From the NCBI GenBank assembly GCA_004284765.1, contig NQJD01000025.1, positions 3,562 through 35,561 of the forward strand: a stretch of 32,000 bases of DNA. The letters are read 5' to 3'. Shown here piece by piece: positions 16,871-23,400 of this stretch. The position numbers and the translations under genes were made by a program. The stretch's first letter is position 1; the number at the start of each line of letters is the position of its first letter. The DNA comes from Candidatus Electronema aureum. GTDB lineage: Bacteria > Desulfobacterota > Desulfobulbia > Desulfobulbales > Desulfobulbaceae. Below the pieces are notes generated by a model. It saw only the letters and a program-made list of their open reading frames with translations, searched no databases and was not told the DNA's origin.

Positions 16871-17059
16871 TGTTGCCAAGCAACAGAAAGTTGCAGCTTC
16901 GCAGGAGACATGTTTTGCCGAGTAAGAATGCTTTGGTACTCGGCAAAAGACTTTTGCGGATTAGCAAAAGAAGATTCTTACCAAGCAACAAAAAGTTTTG
17001 GCCGAGCCAGAACTCTTCGTTGTCGAGCCACAAAAGGTTCTTGCCTCGTTTGAAGGAAA
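16871..17059. repeat. nine degenerate 21-bp tandem repeats (approximate consensus t.ttgccgagcaa.aaaag.t)
   Basis: Units start at 16871, 16892, 16913, 16934, 16955, 16976, 16997, 17018 and 17039. Units 1 and 6 match at 17 of 21 positions. The periodicity produces three overlapping stop-free track ORFs (16799..17053 +, 16870..17064 +, 16839..17132 -) with heptad-like peptides such as LGQNFLL LGKNLLL. Confidence 0.75.
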
Positions 17060-17070
17060 AATAAACCCTC

Positions 17071-17124
17071 ATGCACCCTGTCCTTACTTCTATCAGCCTC
17101 ATGTTCAGAGGCAAGATAGGGTAA
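17071..17124 (+). pseudogene. internally deleted second copy of the DUF486/DMT gene (17 codons: MHPVLTSISLMFRGKIG*)
   Basis: 17071-17094 is identical to 12396-12419 (atgcaccctgtccttacttctatc). 17101-17124 (atgttcagaggcaagatagggtaa) matches 12723-12746 with one mismatch. The junction lies at a shared ctcATG / ttATG microhomology. Confidence 0.8.
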
Positions 17125-17148
17125 CGGCGCACCGTGACCCTGATTTTC

Positions 17149-19290
17149 TCACCCCACTAATCTCCCCACTTGAAAAATCATCACTGCCAAGCTGTAGGCT
17201 AAGAGCGTGTTGAAGCCGATGGAGAAAGCCGCCCATTTCCATGAGCCACTTTCTTTGGCAATTGCTACCGCTGTGACAAAGCAAGGCGCATAGAACATGA
17301 CGAACACGAGAAAAGCCAAAGCGGTCGATGGATTCCAGCGGGGGTCAGTTGCTAATCGTTCTTTGAGCGGGGCTGCATCTTCTGGGTCGGTTTCGCCAAG
17401 AGAATAAGCTGTACCCAAAGTAGAGACAATCACCTCTTTCGCCGCAAAACCACCTGTCAAGGCGATGTTAGTACGCCAATCGAAACCGGCATATTGGCTG
17501 ATTGGCTCCAAAGCGATACCTATTCGTCCAGCGAGAGAATGCTGTAGTCCGGCTTCAGCCTCTTGCCGGGCAATTTGCTGAAGTTGCTCTTCTGAGTCAG
17601 AAGCAACCGCCCGCATTGCCTCAAATTCCTGAGCCTTATCCGCTGGCAAGCCGGGATACGTCATCATCGCCCAAAGCAAGATAGAGATGCCAAGAATCAC
17701 CGTGCCCGCCTTTTTCATGTACTGCCACGTGCGCTCCCAAGTATGGGTGAGCAAGCCGCGCAAGGTGGGAAAACGATACGGTGGCAGCTCCATGACAAAG
17801 GGCGTGGATTCGCCTTTCAGCACGGTCATGCGGAGGAATTTTGCGGCCAGCAGTGCCACTGTCCAGCTGACTAACGTAGCGGCGAACATATATGCGGCCT
17901 GATGATCAGCGAAAAAAGCAGCGATGATCAAAGTCAGCACTGGCAGCTTGGCTCCGCAGTTCATAAAGGGCACGGTAAGCAGGGTGGCCATCCGCTCTTT
18001 GGGCGAACGCAGGGTACGGGCCGCAAACACGCCTGGTACGGCGCAGCCACCCGCGATGCCGCCAGAGACGATAAAGGGCATAACCGAAGAGCCGTGCAGA
18101 CCGAAGAAGTGAAAAATTCGGTCCATCATGAAGGCAACTCGCGCTAAGTAGCCGGAATCTTCCAGCACTGCGATACCAAAGAACATAAACATGATAATCG
18201 GCACAAAGCCAAACACACCGCCCACGCCATCGATCACCCCGGAAATGAACATTGATTTCAGCGGGCCGTTGGGCAGACTGCTTTGTGCTGCCGCGCCGAG
18301 CAATTCAAACAGATGATTTAATCCTTCAACCAGAAAGCCTGACCAAGTAAAGGTGAAGCTGTAGAGAGCAAAGAGGATAGCGGCCATGATCAGCGGCCCG
18401 GCAGCCCGATGGGTAACAATCTTGTCGATTTTATCCGAAGCGTAAAGTCGGTCTTCATCAAACGTCCTCGTTACCACACCTTGGCGAAGGATAGATTTGA
18501 TAAAGCCGTAACGATGGTCAGCAATCACCGCCTCTGGGTAGGCATCGATGGTATTTTGCAAATGCTGGGTCAAGGTCTCGCTGCGACTGAGGAGGTGCCG
18601 CCCTCTTTCTGCATCTGCCCGCATTACCCGACTGATGATCTGCTCGTCATTTTCAAGGATTTTCAGCGCGGTCCAGCGGGGCGGATACAGATCAGCCAGC
18701 AGCTGGTTTGCTTCAATCAGCGGGACAACATCACGTAAGGCTTGGTCAATGTCTGAGCCGTAGCGAAGCAAGGTCGGCGGGCGATCTACTGCTGCTTGGC
18801 TGCATACAACAACGGCTTCAAGCAGTTCCGGCACACCTCTGCCGCTGCGAGCCACAATCGGCAGCACCGGTACGCCCAGCAGCTGGCTAAGAACCTCCGT
18901 GTTGATGCTGATGCCTCGCTTCTCCGCCGCATCAACCATGTTGAGAGCGATGACTAAGGGTACGCCCAGCTCCAAAAACTGGCAGGTCAGATAGAGGTTG
19001 CGCTCCAAATTGACCGCATCAACAATATTGACTACCACATCCGGGCGGTCATTAACCAAGTAATCACGAGCGACTAACTCTTCGACCGAGTAGGCGGTAA
19101 GCGAGTACGTGCCGGGTAAATCAACAACTCGAATATTTTGTTCTTTATAAGTGTGAGAACCTTCTTTCTTCTCCACGGTCACGCCGGGATAATTCCCCAC
19201 ATGCTGGCGTGCGCCGGTGAGATGGTTGAACAAAGTGGTTTTGCCGGCATTGGGATTGCCAGCCAAGGCGATATGAATAGGATCGTTCAC
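17149..19290 (-). CDS. feoB: ferrous iron transporter FeoB
   Basis: N-terminal G-domain (IALAGNPNAGKTTLFN, DLPGTYSL, NMVD) followed by a polytopic membrane domain. 713 aa. Confidence 0.95.
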   Translation of the reverse strand: MNDPIHIALAGNPNAGKTTLFNHLTGARQHVGNYPGVTVEKKEGSHTYKEQNIRVVDLPGTYSLTAYSVEELVARDYLVNDRPDVVVNIVDAVNLERNLYLTCQFLELGVPLVIALNMVDAAEKRGISINTEVLSQLLGVPVLPIVARSGRGVPELLEAVVVCSQAAVDRPPTLLRYGSDIDQALRDVVPLIEANQLLADLYPPRWTALKILENDEQIISRVMRADAERGRHLLSRSETLTQHLQNTIDAYPEAVIADHRYGFIKSILRQGVVTRTFDEDRLYASDKIDKIVTHRAAGPLIMAAILFALYSFTFTWSGFLVEGLNHLFELLGAAAQSSLPNGPLKSMFISGVIDGVGGVFGFVPIIMFMFFGIAVLEDSGYLARVAFMMDRIFHFFGLHGSSVMPFIVSGGIAGGCAVPGVFAARTLRSPKERMATLLTVPFMNCGAKLPVLTLIIAAFFADHQAAYMFAATLVSWTVALLAAKFLRMTVLKGESTPFVMELPPYRFPTLRGLLTHTWERTWQYMKKAGTVILGISILLWAMMTYPGLPADKAQEFEAMRAVASDSEEQLQQIARQEAEAGLQHSLAGRIGIALEPISQYAGFDWRTNIALTGGFAAKEVIVSTLGTAYSLGETDPEDAAPLKERLATDPRWNPSTALAFLVFVMFYAPCFVTAVAIAKESGSWKWAAFSIGFNTLLAYSLAVMIFQVGRLVG

Positions 19291-19371
19291 CGAGATTCTC
19301 TGCGGTTGGAGTTGAAAGCTGACAAGAAAGGCAGGCAGGCTTCTGCTGCGCGATAAGACGCAGGAAAGGAA

Positions 19372-19554
19372 TCAGTCTTGGTCGTCGTCCGCTGCTGTGG
19401 GAACAGGCTGTTCAGATGGGGTGCAACCTGCTCCATTACAGCCCGAACAGCCGCCGCAGGAGCAGGAGGAGCCAGAGCGGAAAGCTCGAAACAGCCTGAG
19501 ACCAAGAAGAATCAGCACGGCAAGGACAATGAGGCCAACTATAATATGCTGCAT
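19372..19554 (-). CDS. FeoB-associated Cys-rich small membrane protein
   Basis: 60 aa with one N-terminal TM segment (IIVGLIVLAVLILLGL), then SSCSCGGCSGCNGAGC. Lies between feoA and feoB. Confidence 0.7.
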   Translation of the reverse strand: MQHIIVGLIVLAVLILLGLRLFRAFRSGSSCSCGGCSGCNGAGCTPSEQPVPTAADDDQD

Positions 19555-19556
19555 GA

Positions 19557-19853
19557 TCAGGCTGGTTCAACAAAAATGCTTGCAGCGGTCAGTTCATCCA
19601 AGCTGAGGGTACCGCCGTTGACTTTCACCATACACTGTCGCCGCCGCCGTCCCTGTCCGGGACAAAGCAGCTCGATCACCGAGCCAGGCAGCACGCCCAA
19701 GCTGGCCATTCTGCCGCAGACCACCCGGTCGCCGCTGATCCGGCAGACTCTGACCGTGCTGCACGTGCAGCATTCAGAAAGCGGACGCGCTGCTCCGCCT
19801 TCCACGCTGGGCTGCATACAACCCTTTCTTTTGCCGAACAGACAATGGAACAT
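19557..19853 (-). CDS. feoA: FeoA-family protein
   Basis: SH3-like FeoA pattern: VRVCRISGDRVVCGRMASLGVLPGSVIELL ... VKVNGGTLSLDELTAASIFV. The start is uncertain (M1 at 19853 or M13). Confidence 0.8.
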   Translation of the reverse strand: MFHCLFGKRKGCMQPSVEGGAARPLSECCTCSTVRVCRISGDRVVCGRMASLGVLPGSVIELLCPGQGRRRRQCMVKVNGGTLSLDELTAASIFVEPA

Positions 19854-19928
19854 ACGTTCTTTTCCCGTCTTGCTGGATGAATTTCCTTGTAAGGCCTATG
19901 AAATTCCGGCTCAGTGTAAATAATAAAT

Positions 19929-19947
19929 ATTGTCAACAGGCTTGACA
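19929..19947. promoter_or_regulatory. perfect 7-bp inverted repeat TTGTCAA-N5-TTGACAA upstream of the feo operon; candidate operator, next to an AT-rich and only weakly Fur-box-like stretch
   Basis: ttgtcaacaggcttgacaa at 19929-19947, about 76 nt upstream of the feoA ATG. It is preceded by taaataataaatatt. The match to the Fur consensus is poor. Confidence 0.3.
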
Positions 19948-20116
19948 AGGATTTTCTTCCATCCCGGCTGGCCCTCCTGCGCACTGTCTGACAATTCAGC
20001 TTGTTTTTAGAAAACAGACATGATATTTTTTATCTTTCTTATCCTGAAACTACGCACAGTCATGAGCTGTCCGGCTGCAACATTGTGTTTTCTGTCTGAA
20101 GACTGCTCAGTTGAAG

Positions 20117-21409
20117 ATGTCAGGCAGCGGAGAAGTACCAGCTTTCAGGAGCTTACAGAGGCAGGACAGATACGGCATGACTGAAGTGAAGCCCGATCAC
20201 GAGGGAGACCCGGCACTGTTGTCCGGGAAAGACTTTTTCTTTAACGGTGGCTCAAGCAGTATGGCCTCGTATGAGAAAAGCTCTCCTATTTATTCCCTCC
20301 TGAGCGGGCAGCGGGTTGGCCAGATTCCTATCGACGAGCACAAGGAGATCGACCGAGAAGAACGGGCCGCTTACCAGAAGATACTCTCAGGCCTCCAAGG
20401 ACTGTTGCTGCTGCTGGTATTGCTCTTCGTTCAGCTCCCCTGTGTGTCAGTGCTGCATCCTCCTATACTCTACGGTACATTAGCGGGCTTCGGTCTGTTT
20501 AGCGGGGTCGCTCACTTCCTTTGGCGTAGATATCACCGCGAACCTTGGCATATAACTCTCAATAACTGGGTTGTCCTTCTTTTCATCCTCATCACTATCT
20601 GGCAGACCGGGATGCTATCCAGTCCCTTTCTGCCGCTCTGCTTCCTCTCGGTTATGCTGGCTGGTATAACCCTTGGCCCAGACGCAATCCTCCAGCAAAC
20701 CGGTGCATTCACCGTCAGTGGTGCCTTGCTCGCTCTTGCTGACCGCAAGGCCTTTTCCGGTAGCTTGGCTGCGCTTCATGTGGATGCAGAATATCTGTCT
20801 GGGCCGCTGATTCAGATCGTGTTACTCTGGCTGCTGGCGTGGGTTGCTTCGCAGATATCGATAGAAACTGAAGTCACCAAGGAGAAGATACGCCAGCTCT
20901 CGCGCACCGACCAGCTCACTGGCCTCTGGAATATGAAGATGCTGCTGATCTTCATGCAGCGCGAGTACCAACGCACGCTGACCAGAGCCGGCAAGTTCTC
21001 TGTGCTGATGATCGATGCGGACAGTCTCAAGGCCGTCAACGATGCCTACGGTCATCATGCAGGCACCATGTTGATTGTCTCCATCTCCGAGACCATGCGG
21101 GCCGGTCTGCGAGAAGAGGACATGCTAGCTCGCTTTGGCGGCGACGAGTTTGTCGCCTTTCTGCCAGAGACCAACTGCCAAGAAGCATACAATGTAGCCG
21201 AGCGGCTGCGTAGTCGCATCGAGTACACCCCGCTGATTTATGAAAACCATTCTGTGCGGATTACAGTCAGCTGTGGCATTGCCTGCTTCCCAGAACACGG
21301 CGATAATTTGACTGAGATCATGAAGATGGCCGACCGTGCCTTGTACCGCAGCAAAGACCTTGGCAAGAACTGCTGCACCATCTTCACGTATGAAGATGAC
21401 TTCAAGTAG
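20117..21409 (+). CDS. membrane-anchored diguanylate cyclase (GGDEF domain)
   Basis: Hydrophobic N-terminal half with about 5-6 TM segments. The C-terminal domain has RTDQLTGLWN, DADSLKAVNDAYGHHAG and RFGGDEFVAFL. The start is uncertain (20111 TTG, 20117, 20177 or later). Confidence 0.88.
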   Translation: MSGSGEVPAFRSLQRQDRYGMTEVKPDHEGDPALLSGKDFFFNGGSSSMASYEKSSPIYSLLSGQRVGQIPIDEHKEIDREERAAYQKILSGLQGLLLLLVLLFVQLPCVSVLHPPILYGTLAGFGLFSGVAHFLWRRYHREPWHITLNNWVVLLFILITIWQTGMLSSPFLPLCFLSVMLAGITLGPDAILQQTGAFTVSGALLALADRKAFSGSLAALHVDAEYLSGPLIQIVLLWLLAWVASQISIETEVTKEKIRQLSRTDQLTGLWNMKMLLIFMQREYQRTLTRAGKFSVLMIDADSLKAVNDAYGHHAGTMLIVSISETMRAGLREEDMLARFGGDEFVAFLPETNCQEAYNVAERLRSRIEYTPLIYENHSVRITVSCGIACFPEHGDNLTEIMKMADRALYRSKDLGKNCCTIFTYEDDFK

Positions 21410-21421
21410 GAGCCAAGCCGC

Positions 21422-22996
21422 TCAGTCCTGCCGAACCTCAATCGTACCTTGCAGGAAGTCCTTCACCTCGCTGATTGGCACCTCCTTACGGTGGAAGATA
21501 CCAGCAGCAAGAGCTGCATCTGCCTTGGTTATTTGAAAGACCTCTAAGAAGTGGGCAGCACAGCCTGCACCGCTGGAAGCAATCACGGGAATGCGCACCG
21601 CTTGCTTGACCGCGTTAATCAGCTCCAGATCAAAGCCTGAGTTGGTGCCATCACGGTCAATGCAGTTAAGCAGTATCTCGCCCGCGCCCAGTTGCTCACA
21701 GACCTTGGCCAGCGTGACTGCATCAAGGTCACGACCCTCACGCCCGCCCTTGATTGTGCATTGATACCAGCAGTATTGCTCCCCGTTAGGGCCGGGAAAG
21801 GCAGTAGCTATCACCGGATGCCGCACTGCGTCAGGCGAGTTCACATACACTCGGCGCGGATCAACCGAGATCACCACGGCCTGATTACCATAGACCCGTG
21901 CTATCTGCTCGATTGAACTCATGCCAGTAGCTCTGCCCGTGGCTAAGACCTGCTCGACAATCAGCACAGCATCTGAGCCGATCGAAACCTTGTCCGCACC
22001 AGAGCGGAAGTATTCAGAAGCCACGTCTAACGCAGAGTGAAACGTGCCCTTGCAGTCGGTAAAGTCACGGATACCACCGCCGATAGTCAGCGGCACAAAG
22101 ACCTGCTTCGAGGTCTCACGCAGCACCTCCATCATCGGCATGTCCTCCAGTGGGAAAGCACGGAAGGCGGTGATGTTGAGGAAGGTGATCTCGTCTGCGC
22201 CTTGCTCGTAATAGTCTTGGGCCAGCTGCACTGGTTTACCAAGATTGCGCACCTGTCCCTGCTCACGCACGTCGTACTGATCGCCCTTAGTCACAACTAA
22301 GTCACCTTGTTCATTCGAGCGCACATCGAGGCAAGCGATGATCCGGGCAGCAAGCTGGGTTGGTTGCGGGCAAGAGCGCAGCTCCACCACCTCACGGCTG
22401 CTGCTGAGGAAGTTCTCTATCAGCTGCAAGCCTGCTTTACCGCTCTTCTCTGGGTGAAACTGTGTGGCCACGACATTGCCCCGCTGGATCGAGCTGACAA
22501 ACTCGTAGCCGTAGTCGGTGGAGGTCAACACATCCGCCCGGTTCTCCGGCTCAACATGGTAGGAGTGGACAAAGTAGAACTTCTCTTGCCCGCTCAGACT
22601 GTTGAAGAGACGCGAGGGCTGCGCTGCCCGGATGCCGTTCCACCCGATGTGCGGCACAGCAAGCTCTGTGCGGAAACGTCGCACTCGTCCCGGTAGGAAG
22701 CCAAGGCCAGGTACATCAGGAGCCTCTTCACTGCTCTCGAACAGGGCTTGCAGAGCAATACATATCCCGAAGAAAGGTCTGCCCGCGTGGAGATAACGCA
22801 GCAACGGCTCGACTAAGCCCTGATCGTTGAGGCTGCGCATCATCGTCCCAAAGTTGCCTACACCGGGGAAGACTAAGCGTTCAGCTCGGTCGATATCCGC
22901 AGGCGAGCTGACCTGAGCCACGGTTTCGCCCAGCCGCTCAAGGGCGTTGATAACTGAGCGCACATTACCTGCGCCGTAATCAAGCAAAGTGATCAT
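21422..22996 (-). CDS. hisHF: fused imidazole glycerol phosphate synthase (HisH glutaminase plus HisF cyclase in one polypeptide, HIS7-like)
   Basis: The N-terminal half has ITLLDYGAGNVRSV, GICIALQ and ATQFHPEKSG. The C-terminal half has RIIACLDVR, VTKGDQYDVRE, NLGKPVQLAQDYYEQGADEITFLNIT, YCWYQCTIKGGREGRDL and GAGEILLNCIDRDGTNSGFDLELI. ATG at 22996; the track GTG is at 23011. Confidence 0.92.
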   Translation of the reverse strand: MITLLDYGAGNVRSVINALERLGETVAQVSSPADIDRAERLVFPGVGNFGTMMRSLNDQGLVEPLLRYLHAGRPFFGICIALQALFESSEEAPDVPGLGFLPGRVRRFRTELAVPHIGWNGIRAAQPSRLFNSLSGQEKFYFVHSYHVEPENRADVLTSTDYGYEFVSSIQRGNVVATQFHPEKSGKAGLQLIENFLSSSREVVELRSCPQPTQLAARIIACLDVRSNEQGDLVVTKGDQYDVREQGQVRNLGKPVQLAQDYYEQGADEITFLNITAFRAFPLEDMPMMEVLRETSKQVFVPLTIGGGIRDFTDCKGTFHSALDVASEYFRSGADKVSIGSDAVLIVEQVLATGRATGMSSIEQIARVYGNQAVVISVDPRRVYVNSPDAVRHPVIATAFPGPNGEQYCWYQCTIKGGREGRDLDAVTLAKVCEQLGAGEILLNCIDRDGTNSGFDLELINAVKQAVRIPVIASSGAGCAAHFLEVFQITKADAALAAGIFHRKEVPISEVKDFLQGTIEVRQD

Positions 22997-23198
22997 GACG
23001 AACTGTTCCACCTCGTAAAAAGGAATTCATGGACAACCACGGTAGGGATAGGTCTCTGTGCCTCCTCCCCTCTGCTCTCTTGGCAAAGAGTAACCGTAGC
23101 CAGCTTTGTAGAAAGGATTACGGAACAAGTCAAGCACAATCATTGCTAAAGCGTAAGGTCGCTCTGAGCAATGAGGCAAAGAGTACTCTTCGTTGCTC

Positions 23199-23299
23199 TG
23201 TTCGAGCGTGTCTCGTTTGAGTGAACGGAGAAACCTCGTTCGAGCGAACGGGCCATGCTTGTTCGAGTGAACGAGGAAGTCTTGTTCGCTCGAACAAGG
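23199..23299. repeat. about 23-bp direct repeats carrying TTCGAG(C/T)GAACG, ending in an inverted copy, in the divergent hisHF / histidine-kinase intergenic region
   Basis: tttgagtgaacggagaaacctcg (23216), ttcgagcgaacgggccatgcttg (23239), ttcgagtgaacgaggaagtcttg (23262). A partial copy ttcgagcg is at 23201. The palindromic TTGTTCG-ct-CGAACAA is at 23282-23297. Confidence 0.6.
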
Positions 23300-23400
23300 T
23301 ATACTCTAGAGCGTATTGCACGATCATCGAAAAGCATGAGCCTCCTTATGAGGAAAGACTGATGCAGCACTAACAGGCTGTGCTTGCCGCAGCGTAGCAG

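Noticed and set aside
16871-17059. CRISPR array, here or at 23199-23299
   Set aside because: The units are contiguous and degenerate with no unique spacers. They are 21-23 bp long, there is no leader, and no cas genes are in the window.
16799-17132. Three overlapping ORFs (84 aa +, 64 aa +, 97 aa -) as protein-coding genes
   Set aside because: All three are open only because of the 21-bp, frame-neutral tandem repeat. None has a convincing RBS and their mutual overlap argues against real genes. The basic 64-aa frame is kept only as an alternative inside the repeat finding.
19378-19923. 181-aa plus-strand ORF and the 102-aa minus ORF 19676..19984 over the feoA region; also 19287..19505
   Set aside because: They are antisense to, or out of frame with, the FeoA and FeoB-associated Cys-rich genes, which have family-typical sequences. 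They have no motifs of their own.
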